A stretch of DNA of 64,000 nt. Source: Candidatus Uhrbacteria bacterium. GTDB taxonomy: Bacteria; Patescibacteriota; Patescibacteriia; 2-12-FULL-60-25. The stretch covers positions 487,167 to 551,166 of the forward strand of contig CAWFIX010000003.1 of NCBI GenBank assembly GCA_963816085.1, written 5' to 3'. Position 1 is the stretch's first letter. The number at the start of each line of letters is the position of its first letter. The notes under the pieces are model-generated. The model made no database searches and was not told the DNA's origin. It saw only the letters and a list, made by a program, of their open reading frames with translations. Made by a program: the position numbers and the translations under genes. This document shows, piece by piece, positions 56,699 through 64,000 of this stretch.

Positions 56699-57284
56699 AA
56701 TAACAAAAAAGCGCATTAAGGCGACTCCCACATCAGAAACTGCTTTGCGCGGTTTGCATGCCGGGCGAGGAAGCTTTTTTACAACCAAACGAAAAATAAT
56801 GGCTGGCGTTGTTGCAGTTGCCCTGATTCTAATACTTGTAGCGTTTTCGAGCTGGCAAAGAGGTAAGCGCATAGCTGCCGAACAGGCTGCTTGGGAGCAA
56901 AGTTTTGCGGAGGTTACGGATCTCAGAAATCGAGCTGAGAATGATCTTTTATATGCAAAAGATTCTCAGGCATCAACAAAAATAACACAAGCCGAACAAA
57001 TTATTGCTTCATTGGATGTCGCAACGGACGACAGAAAGACAAGAATCGAGTCATTAAACAATGAATTCGATCAGCTGAAGAACCGATTACGCAAAGTTGT
57101 GGCGGTAAGCGGAATTACAGAGTTATATTCTTTGCCCGTGGTGGCGCAAGATGGGATGCTGACAGCCCCGGTTCTAACCGAAACGAAGGCTTATGTTGTT
57201 GATAATCAAAACCGAAAGATAATTGTTATCAATTTAGTATCACGCGAAAAAAATGAGATAACTCTGCCCAGACCCGGCCGGTAA
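56631..57284 (+). CDS. Hypothetical membrane-anchored protein (TM plus coiled-coil-like segment)
   Basis: TM 'IMAGVVAVALILILVAFSSW'. The frame is +1 relative to the preceding ORF. Confidence 0.5.
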   Translation: MAKPQIPSPVASLQKSWQKVLHKITKKRIKATPTSETALRGLHAGRGSFFTTKRKIMAGVVAVALILILVAFSSWQRGKRIAAEQAAWEQSFAEVTDLRNRAENDLLYAKDSQASTKITQAEQIIASLDVATDDRKTRIESLNNEFDQLKNRLRKVVAVSGITELYSLPVVAQDGMLTAPVLTETKAYVVDNQNRKIIVINLVSREKNEITLPRPGR

Positions 57285-57285
57285 G

Positions 57286-57886
57286 TTGGTTGGGGGGTCG
57301 CTCGGAGATAAATCCGTTGTGTTTATGGATGACAAAGGTAAATTTTATGCAGTAGCTATAGCTGACGATGATTTTACTCCACTCAACGCTTTTACAGGCG
57401 CCAGCTCTACCAGCGACTTTTTACTCTACAATAAACGTGCTTATGTGTTGGATGGTTCAGCCGGTCAAATTTATAGATTAGGCCAGACAAACTCGGGCTT
57501 TAGCGGACCAAGTACATATTTGGATAATGCTGATGATTTGATACGCGGTGGAGTCAGCCTAGCGATTGATAGCAATGTATATGTCGCTAAATCCAATGGC
57601 ACAATTACCAAGTACTTATCGGGTGAGCAACAAGCCTTTGGACTTGGGCACAGTTGACCCGGCACTTCGATCGATTTCCGCGCTTTGGACCGATACTGAT
57701 GACGCAAGACTCATGGTTACAGACCCCGCAGAAAAGAGATTATTACTATTCGATAAAAATGGACTCCTAACAGCTCAACTTACCTCGAATGAGTTTGGAA
57801 CTCTAAGAGATGTTTCCTCTCGTCTAAACGCAAAACAAGCGCTCGTAGTGAGTGATAATAGGCTGCTACTGGTGCCGCTTCCCTAA
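57286..57886 (+). pseudogene. Continuation of the same protein in two further frames (beta-rich repeats)
   Basis: '...EITLP|DPAGKLVGGSLGDKSVVFMDDKGKFYAV' is continuous across the 57284 stop if one nt is removed. A second shift near 57640-57660 joins 'GEQQAF' to 'LDLGTVDPALRSISALW'. Confidence 0.55.
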
Positions 57887-57888
57887 CC

Positions 57889-57922
57889 AGCTGATAGCGG
57901 ATAGCCGATGTCTGATAGCGGG
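57889..57922. repeat. Heptad tract (GATAGCn units)
   Basis: agctgatagcggatagccgatgtctgatagcggg. Same family as 15371-15401. Confidence 0.8.
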
Positions 57923-57957
57923 AAACAAATGAAAGAATTGAATAATGAAAAAATGAA

Positions 57958-57992
57958 ATAAAAACGCTCCGATTGCTCGGAGCGTTTTTTTG
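57958..57992. terminator. Bidirectional rho-independent terminator between the 57886 gene and rplL
   Basis: aaaaacgctccga-ttgc-tcggagcgttttttt. Confidence 0.9.
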
Positions 57993-57994
57993 TT

Positions 57995-58038
57995 GTACGA
58001 AGTACGAAGTACGAAGTACGATGTACGACGTACGTCGA
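57995..58038. repeat. Heptad tandem repeat (GTACGAA x3, GTACGAT, GTACGAC, GTACGTC)
   Basis: Read directly. Lies immediately 3' of rplL. Confidence 0.9.
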
Positions 58039-58046
58039 TTTGATAG

Positions 58047-58469
58047 TTATTTGAGTTCGCAAGAACCACCGGCATCTTCGATCTTTTTCTTGATCTCTTC
58101 CGCCTCGGCTTTTGAAGCGCCTTCTTTGATAACTTTAGGAGCGCCGTCTACCATGTCTTTAGCTTCTTTCAAGCCCTGGCCTGTGACTTCGCGAACAACT
58201 TTGATGACACCAATTTTATTGCCACCTGCTGCTGTTAGCTCTACATCAAATGAAGATTTCTCTTCAGCTGCTTCGGCACCACCTGCTGCACCACCGGCCA
58301 TCATGACAGGAGCTGCTGCGCTAACACCGAATTTCTCTTCGAGAACTTTTACAAGTTCGGATAAATCGAGAACCGAGAGTTTCTCTACGCTTTCTACGAT
58401 TGTTTTAAATTTTTCAGGCACTACAACTTCTTTCTTCTCCTCTGTTGCCTGTGTATTCTCATCGGACAT
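58047..58469 (-). CDS. rplL: 50S ribosomal protein L7/L12
   Basis: '[24 protein letters not shown]', '[53 protein letters not shown]'. Confidence 0.95.
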   Translation of the reverse strand: MSDENTQATEEKKEVVVPEKFKTIVESVEKLSVLDLSELVKVLEEKFGVSAAAPVMMAGGAAGGAEAAEEKSSFDVELTAAGGNKIGVIKVVREVTGQGLKEAKDMVDGAPKVIKEGASKAEAEEIKKKIEDAGGSCELK

Positions 58470-58513
58470 AAACTTATTTTAATTAATAAATAATAGATAA
58501 TAAATAATAAAGA

Positions 58514-58586
58514 TTCGTCGCTCGTCGCACGTCCTACGTCCCACGTCTTAACTCGTGATAAACGTTATGAACGTTACAAACGTAAT
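58514..58586. repeat. Mismatched inverted repeat of heptads (CGTCnnn / AACGTnn) between rplJ and rplL
   Basis: cgtcgct/cgtcgca/cgtccta/cgtccca/cgtctta - aactcgtgat - aaacgttatgaacgttacaaacgtaa. Confidence 0.85.
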
Positions 58587-58587
58587 C

Positions 58588-59277
58588 TTATTCCTTAGGA
58601 GCTTCTTCTGCTGGAGTTTCCTCTGCTTTAGGAGCTTCTTCTGCTTTTGGTTCTTCAGCTGGTGCTGGAGTTTCGGCAGGTGCTTCTGTTGTTTCTACCG
58701 GGGCTTCTGCAGGTTTTTCCTCATCTGGTGCTACGGCGACCTCTGCTTCGGCTTTAGGAGCTTCGGGAGCTGGTGCTGGCGCACCTTCTTCTTCCTCTTT
58801 CTTGGTGCGGATTGCATCCAAGGCGCGGACGAATCCGGAAGTTGGACCGTTGATGACATTTAGGAACATGCCATACAGTTGTGTGCGGCCAGGGAGTTTG
58901 GAAAGAGTAACAACATATTCTTGTGTTACAACCGATCCGTTGAACAAACCACCGACTAATTGTAATGTGGTTGATTTGGTCATGTCGCCCAAAATCTTTG
59001 CCGGTGCTACCTCGTCATCTGTTCCGAAAGCTAGACCGAGCATTCCCGGGAATTCTTTGGAATTGATCTCGAAGCCGGCTTCTTTGGCTGCGCGGTTGAT
59101 GAGAGTCTTTTTAGCAACAACATAAGGAATCTTACTTTCGAACATTTTGTCGCGAAGTTCATCAACTTGCGGCACTGTAAGACCTTGGTAGTTCGCAAAA
59201 ACAACTGAAGGACTATCTTTAAAGAGCTGAGTAAGTGAATTTATGATCACTTCTTTTTCTTGACGTGTTTTTGGCAT
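58588..59277 (-). CDS. rplJ: 50S ribosomal protein L10 with an approximately 70-aa Pro/Ala/Glu-rich C-terminal extension
   Basis: 'MPKTRQEKEVIINSLTQLFKDSPSVVFANYQGLTVPQVDELRDKM'. The tail is 'KKEEEEGAPAPAPEAPKAEAEVAVAPDEEKPAEAP...'. Confidence 0.92.
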   Translation of the reverse strand: MPKTRQEKEVIINSLTQLFKDSPSVVFANYQGLTVPQVDELRDKMFESKIPYVVAKKTLINRAAKEAGFEINSKEFPGMLGLAFGTDDEVAPAKILGDMTKSTTLQLVGGLFNGSVVTQEYVVTLSKLPGRTQLYGMFLNVINGPTSGFVRALDAIRTKKEEEEGAPAPAPEAPKAEAEVAVAPDEEKPAEAPVETTEAPAETPAPAEEPKAEEAPKAEETPAEEAPKE

Positions 59278-59284
59278 AAAACTT

Positions 59285-59330
59285 AACGTACTTATTTAAC
59301 TCGTACTAAGTACTGCGTACTACGAGCTAT
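59285..59330. repeat. Heptad-like tract (CGTACTn units), complement family of 57995-58038
   Basis: aacgtacttatttaactcgtactaagtactgcgtactacgagc, just 5' of rplJ. Confidence 0.7.
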
Positions 59331-59359
59331 TGTAATATTTAACGACCTTTGACACTGAA

Positions 59360-59489
59360 ATAACCAATCACCAAGCTCCAATCATCAATAAATATCCAAT
59401 CACACAATTTTCAATCACCAAATTGATCATTTGAGTTGAATCGGTTATTGGTTATTTATTGGTTATTGTTTTGTTGGTTATTGGTTATT
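59360..59489. repeat. Long mismatched inverted repeat of heptads (CCAATnA / GGTTATT)
   Basis: ataaccaatcaccaagctccaatcatcaataaatatccaatcaca... / ...cggttattggttatttattggttattgttttgttggttattggttatt. Confidence 0.85.
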
Positions 59490-59645
59490 AAAGTACCCAC
59501 AGCATCCTGTGGGTAAAATCGCTAAATTAAGCGATATTTACAGCCTCGGCAGGGGATCTTTTAACTCCTTTTTAGGTGGAGCCCTGCTGTCTTTGGATGT
59601 GTGATGGACACAATATAAACCGAATAGAACATTGTGTCAACATAG

Positions 59646-59757
59646 CTCTGGGATGAACTCCATCCCTACCCTTCCTCTTAATTAAGAGGAAGGATGGTTT
59701 AAGAAACTGTAATTCAGCCCCTCTAATGACTTTAAGAGAGGGGGAAGGGGGTGAGTC
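59646..59757. mobile_element. MITE/REP-like composite palindrome (same family as 4178-4295)
   Basis: ctctgggatgaactccatccctacccttcctcttaattaagaggaagg...cccctctaatgactttaagagaggggg...gggggtgagtc. Confidence 0.75.
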
Positions 59758-59772
59758 AAAACCAGGCTACAG

Positions 59773-60175
59773 TTAACTAGGCTTAAACCCGGATTTGATC
59801 AGATTCTGCACCGGAATAAAAAGTGGCTCCGGCAAATTGTCCCAATCGTGCCATTGCCAGCATTCGCATTTATCGGGTTCCATGATTTGTGGTTCCCCTG
59901 CCGGTGCATCTGCGAGCATGTAGATTGTGATGTAGTGCTTGTCTTCATCAGGCATTTTATCGTTGGTTGCAGTTGAGAAGCGGATGTTCTCGATATCTAA
60001 ACCGCACTCTTCTTTTGTCTCGCGAGCAGCGCACTCTTCCCAAGTTTCCATCCACTCCAAGTGACCGCCCGGGAAACTCCAATGCCCGGAGCCGTGTGCG
60101 CCTTTGCGTTTGTGCAAAAGGACTTTATGCTTCGCGTATGATGATGACTCCGAGGCCGACACGGACTTCGCTCAT
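59773..60175 (-). pseudogene. NUDIX hydrolase with a frameshift after codon 16
   Basis: NUDIX box 'GGHLEWMETWEECAARETKEECGL' in the main frame. The true-looking N-terminus 'MSEVRVGLGVIIIREA' (ATG at 60175) is in another frame and stops at 60125. Confidence 0.8.
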
Positions 60176-60211
60176 ATTAATTATCAATTACGAATTAACA
60201 ATTAACAATTT
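60176..60211. repeat. Heptad-like AT-rich tract (AATTAnC units)
   Basis: ttaattatcaattacgaattaacaattaacaattt. Confidence 0.7.
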
Positions 60212-60267
60212 AGGAATCGCTGCCCTTCGACTTCGCTCAGGACGAGACGCGATATTTATTTTATTTG

Positions 60268-60336
60268 AGAAGCTAAGAATCTGGGAATCTAAGCGGGCTG
60301 CTCAGATTTTCAGATTCTTAGTAGCTTAGATTCTCA
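60268..60336. repeat. Mismatched inverted repeat of heptads (AAGAATC / GATTCTT)
   Basis: gagaagctaagaatctgggaatctaagc - gggctgc - tcagattttcagattcttagtagcttagattctc. Confidence 0.8.
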
Positions 60337-60370
60337 ATGAGCTAATTGTTGCGCTAGCGGAGGAATGAGT

Positions 60371-60430
60371 CAAATAAAAAAATGGGGCTTCTGCAACCAA
60401 AGTCCAAAGACCAAGGTTACAAAAGCCCCA
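60371..60430 (-). terminator. Rho-independent terminator downstream of the 60565 gene
   Basis: Minus strand ggggctttt...agaagcccc followed by atttttttatttg. Confidence 0.65.
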
Positions 60431-60564
60431 AGAGCCAACTATCGAGAGCCGGGTGACTCCCGAAAGAACGATGGCACTCCCCCGTACGGGCTGTGGTGGC
60501 CGTGCCAGTAGCCGCCCAAATTGATTCCGCGTTCATCCTGATAGAAGTCCAGATCCGGTACGAC

Positions 60565-61266
60565 CTACCACGGATCCTCGCTTTTGATGTTGACCTCGTA
60601 ACCAGGTATCCAGACATATGGCACCTCGCAGTCGGCCATGGCCTTGACCCACTCTGGGTGAAGTGCGGCCGTGGCCAGAATGCCGGCATGGGGCGAAGTA
60701 TCGGGATCACGAATGTCAATCGGTGCGCGGTCGCGATTGCAACCCAAGTTGATCACCTCCCAACGCAAGACTGGCTCATCCTTGGCCGGGTGTTCGATGC
60801 CCTTAAGGAGGCGGAGCTTATCCGAGCCAGCATCGTCGTAATCTGCCAAACGCGATCTGGCGTGCTGGAGAGAAGCCGCGATCTGCCAGAGCTCTTGGAA
60901 AGTGTACTCCACTCCGCCCATATCGGCTCCATCAGGAAAGTAAGGCACGAGCGTGAGAGCTACCAGCTCACGATCCGGCCACTTGGGAACAGACTGTTCG
61001 ATGAGTGTGAAGTCCTCGTCCGTGAAGTACCAGGAGCGCTGGATGTTGAGCTCGCGGATGCGCATGATCTGCTTCTCGATGGGAGTGAAGTATCCGTTGA
61101 TAAGTTTTTCTTTACTCGGTAACCGCCCTTCTATACACCCCTGCAGTACAGCTGAAAGTTGATCCGGATCGTACGGATAGCCATCCTTTTGCCGAAGCTG
61201 CCGTTTGATCTCTGCGAGTTGCCCGTCAAGCTTGTAATACATTTCGCCTTCGACTCTGGTAGCCAT
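60565..61266 (-). CDS. Hypothetical protein (no family recognised), moderately GC-rich
   Basis: Strong SD GAAGGAG 7 nt upstream of the ATG at 61266. 233 aa. The TAG stop is followed by 64 further sense codons. Confidence 0.6.
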   Translation of the reverse strand: MATRVEGEMYYKLDGQLAEIKRQLRQKDGYPYDPDQLSAVLQGCIEGRLPSKEKLINGYFTPIEKQIMRIRELNIQRSWYFTDEDFTLIEQSVPKWPDRELVALTLVPYFPDGADMGGVEYTFQELWQIAASLQHARSRLADYDDAGSDKLRLLKGIEHPAKDEPVLRWEVINLGCNRDRAPIDIRDPDTSPHAGILATAALHPEWVKAMADCEVPYVWIPGYEVNIKSEDPW

Positions 61267-61417
61267 GACGAATCTCCTTCTGCTTGGATTATCTTTGCCG
61301 GTGCACCATGCACCGACAAAGCCTCACCATCTACTTAAGTGATAAGTGCAAAGTGTAAAGTACAAAGAGTTATAATGGTTAACGTAGCAGAAATTTGGGG
61401 ATTTGTCAAGGGGCATC

Positions 61418-61505
61418 GGACTATCCTCCCAACCTCCTTATTAAGGAGGTGCTTTGGTGTAAGCTGCCTGAAAACAACCCCTTAATAAGGGGCGGGGGGA
61501 TGTGC
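61418..61505. mobile_element. REP-like double hairpin (related to the CCCCTCT...AGAGGGG family)
   Basis: acctccttattaaggaggt and ccccttaataagggg hairpins. Confidence 0.6.
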
Positions 61506-61715
61506 TGTAAAACACACTAACTCGACTTAAGCCCAATCTCGTGCCATACTTACCCCATGGAAACACAAATAATAAAGGCTCCATCGGCGGAGCTTAGGGT
61601 GGTGGATTTGGGTAAAACCAGGCAAATAATGACCAAAGGGAAGGCTTATCACCGCGGTAAGCTTGTTAAGTTTTTGAATACAATGGAGACTCCGCTTAAA
61701 TAAACTCAACTCGAT

Positions 61716-62633
61716 ATGGAGAAGCCTGTTATTGAAGAAAAAAATATTAGGGATTTAGAAAACTTATCAAGATTTCAAGATGAGGTTTTAGTCAACGGTG
61801 TATGCGAAAAATTTGGCATCTCAAGCGTCAGATTAAAAACGATGCAACCCAACATTATATTAGTTGAGGGTGTTGCGGATGACGGAGTGAAAAAAGAGTA
61901 TGTTGCAAAAAAATTACGAAACCAAAGCCAGTTGCTCGATTCCAGCATCAACCGAGAGGTTATGTTTTATGAAGGTTTGTCCCGAAAAATAGATATCCAT
62001 GTCCCCTCATACCTTGGTATGGTTGAGGGATTTGAAATTTTTGAAAAATTAACAAACCACACAGAAAATGTAAATAAAGTTCGTTTAGCACATGAGCTAC
62101 CAAAAATACAAAGTGCCGTTTTAACGACCTCGGAACGCTCTGCTCTTGAGGGTGAATTTTCGAACAAAGCTAATGTGGCACAGAACGTCAAGAAGTTGAT
62201 AACCGAAGTATCTCAATCAACCGTACCCACAAAACTAAAAGAATCATTAACTGGTTGCGCCTCGATTACAATTGAAGCCGTTGATTACCTGAACGGATTA
62301 CCCCAAGTATTAACTCATGGCGACTATTGGAGAGGCAATGCAATTTTTAGCGATGGAGACTTGTATATTATAGATTGGGAAAATTGCCAAGTTAACAATA
62401 GTTATTATGATTTAGCAACGCTTTATTATACGGAAAAATTAATGTTTGGCAGCCAAGATGAAGAGTGGACTGAGGTTAATTTTGATGATCAAAAAGCTAT
62501 GGAATATAATTTTATATTGCAGACAATTTTCCAGATCCTTCCTGAGTTATTGTTAGAGGAAAGAGCTGAACCCGTATGGAGGAAACAATGGCTTGATACT
62601 TTTTGTTCAGTAATCGATAAATACCATCAATAA
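61716..62633 (+). CDS. Aminoglycoside/choline-kinase-like phosphotransferase (APH fold)
   Basis: 'LTHGDYWRGNAIF' (HGDxxxxN) and 'YIIDWENCQVNNSYYDLA'. Confidence 0.8.
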   Translation: MEKPVIEEKNIRDLENLSRFQDEVLVNGVCEKFGISSVRLKTMQPNIILVEGVADDGVKKEYVAKKLRNQSQLLDSSINREVMFYEGLSRKIDIHVPSYLGMVEGFEIFEKLTNHTENVNKVRLAHELPKIQSAVLTTSERSALEGEFSNKANVAQNVKKLITEVSQSTVPTKLKESLTGCASITIEAVDYLNGLPQVLTHGDYWRGNAIFSDGDLYIIDWENCQVNNSYYDLATLYYTEKLMFGSQDEEWTEVNFDDQKAMEYNFILQTIFQILPELLLEERAEPVWRKQWLDTFCSVIDKYHQ

Positions 62634-62643
62634 TTACCCTGCT

Positions 62644-63381
62644 ATGAAAAAAATAGAAAAGATAACCGCCAGCTACTATGGAGAAAATGGTACTTATCTA
62701 GAAGACCATGCCCGGTTCTTAACCAAAGAAAGACTGAAAAATGATATACATTTCATATCAAAAATTTTAAGTCTGAAAAAAACAGATAAAATATTGGATA
62801 TAGCATGTGGTCAAGGACGCCATACGTTAACTTTGGCAGAAAAAGGTTATTCGGTAGATGGTTTGGATTTTTCCGAGTATCTATTAGATATTGCCAAGAA
62901 GGTGGCTTCAAAAACCACAAACCACAAACCATTTTTTTATAAAGAAAATTTGGAAAACATGGAATTGAAACAAAAGTATGATAAAGCTTATTGGTTTTTT
63001 ACCGACTTGGCGCAAATAGATTTACGCAAGGCTCTTCATTCAATAAGTAATTCGATGAAACGCGGTGGATTGGTATTAATTGATACAGACAATATATTCC
63101 GCATATTAACATATCTTTTACAAAATCCCGGTTCTGCATATACTTTTGATGCAAAGCGATTAATGCTCGTAGATAAAAAAAGAGGCTTAGAAGTGCCATA
63201 TCCAGTTTTATTTATGTGGGAAGAATGGATAAAAGCTGCCGGGTTTTCACTTGTTTCAACTTATGGAGACTATAAGCTTGAAGAATATTCTATTAAAAGT
63301 CCACGTCTTATAATGTTAATTAAAAAAAACGGGCAAGGTTGCCCGTTGAGTAGTTCAAATTCATGCCGATGCGGCATGTGA
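62644..63381 (+). CDS. Class I SAM-dependent methyltransferase
   Basis: 'ILDIACGQGRHTLTLAEKGYSVDGLDFSEYLLDIAKK'. The last roughly 15 codons run through the terminator hairpin, so the true stop may differ. Confidence 0.8.
   Translation: MKKIEKITASYYGENGTYLEDHARFLTKERLKNDIHFISKILSLKKTDKILDIACGQGRHTLTLAEKGYSVDGLDFSEYLLDIAKKVASKTTNHKPFFYKENLENMELKQKYDKAYWFFTDLAQIDLRKALHSISNSMKRGGLVLIDTDNIFRILTYLLQNPGSAYTFDAKRLMLVDKKRGLEVPYPVLFMWEEWIKAAGFSLVSTYGDYKLEEYSIKSPRLIMLIKKNGQGCPLSSSNSCRCGM
63322..63347 (-). terminator. Rho-independent terminator of the radical SAM gene
   Basis: aacgggcaa-gg-ttgcccgtt preceded on the plus strand by an A8 run (a U-run on the minus strand). Confidence 0.75.
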
Positions 63382-64000
63382 GTTTATAGTTTCGTATAGT
63401 TTAGTGATCTTTCCTACGAAAAGGTCCGGTTTTTCAGTTAGTATCCACATCATCTCAAGGATTGAGTCGTGAATTTCTTCACATTTAAAATGTGGGCAAT
63501 TGATATCTTTTGTTGTTTGGTAGTTTTCACCACGGCAATTACCTGCACAAACATACCGAACGTCGCATGCCGCGCATTTGACATTCATCGAGTCTATATG
63601 GAGTGATCGAAGTTTTTTTAAGATGGTGGAGTTTTCCCAGATATCGGACAAGTCCTCGTTTAGCAGGTTGCCTAGGTGAAATGCAGATATCGCGGTGTCA
63701 GCACATGGATAAAGGCTCCCATCGGCTTTAACATACACCGCCCTATTCGTACCAATGCCACAACCATAGCTTTTTACTCCAGCCGTAATACCCATGATTT
63801 GGTTAGCGAAGGTTGAGTTTAGCATTAACTCCTGATACCTTTCACTATGGCGTATAGTATCAAAGATTTTACGGTAAAACTTCGCCAATGGAACGGCAAT
63901 CAATTGTTTTTTAGCTGCTGGGCTGTTACCACGGCCTACGTGCATCATGTTTAAACAATTGAAACCCTGTACCCCAAGAGTATCCACCAATCGCAATGTT
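63361..64000 (-). CDS. Radical SAM protein, C-terminal SPASM/twitch domain (5' part lies beyond the window)
   Basis: 'YPCADTAISAFHLGNL' and 'CAACDVRYVCAGNCRGENY'. The ORF is open at the window edge. Confidence 0.75.
   Translation of the reverse strand, partial: TLRLVDTLGVQGFNCLNMMHVGRGNSPAAKKQLIAVPLAKFYRKIFDTIRHSERYQELMLNSTFANQIMGITAGVKSYGCGIGTNRAVYVKADGSLYPCADTAISAFHLGNLLNEDLSDIWENSTILKKLRSLHIDSMNVKCAACDVRYVCAGNCRGENYQTTKDINCPHFKCEEIHDSILEMMWILTEKPDLFVGKITKLYETINSHAASA

Noticed and set aside
57973-58482. 169-aa plus-strand ORF opposite rplL. There are similar antisense ORFs opposite the surface-protein gene (26973..29748) and opposite 60565..61266 (60493..61122).
   Set aside because: The opposite strand encodes clearly recognisable or SD-supported genes. 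The antisense products are low-complexity.
1-64000. Alternative genetic code (UGA recoding, as in some CPR lineages) as an explanation for the broken genes.
   Set aside because: Long genes are intact under the standard code and several end in TGA (e.g. 19345-19347 followed by TAA). The breaks are frame changes, not in-frame stops.

Overview
This 64-kb window looks like a small-genome Patescibacteria/CPR-type bacterium. That placement is inferred from gene content only: DUF4012-like and DUF5667-like proteins, a 130-aa TsaB, wHTH regulators, dense glycosyltransferases and the standard genetic code. There are about 50 genes. Most of the window is one cell-envelope glycan super-locus. It holds a polyprenyl-phosphate sugar transferase, about 15 GT2/GT4 domains (several fused), WecB, a Wzx-like flippase, two O-antigen-ligase/polymerase-like membrane proteins, a processive QxxRW GT2 synthase, eight class-I SAM methyltransferases and a B12-binding radical SAM enzyme. 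Other genes are an ECF sigma/anti-sigma pair upstream of a 1272-aa secreted surface protein, MreB, TsaB, rplJ-rplL, a NUDIX hydrolase, and TrmB- and ArsR-like regulators. There are also two HUH/Y1 (RAYT-type) transposase genes with REP/REPIN repeats. A sharply GC-rich island (39.1-43.7 kb) carries two convergent Cys/Gly-rich putative lipoprotein genes. Four things stand out. (i) At least 25 tracts of short-period (mostly 7-nt) degenerate tandem repeats sit at gene boundaries, usually as two reverse-complementary arms, and some are read through in frame inside genes. (ii) Small hairpin-module elements are inserted in frame in two different glycosyltransferase genes. (iii) REP-derived sequence is embedded in frame inside both RAYT genes. 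(iv) At least five genes are broken by small frameshifts. I recognised no rRNA, tRNA or CRISPR array. All family names come from motif recognition by eye; no database search was run.
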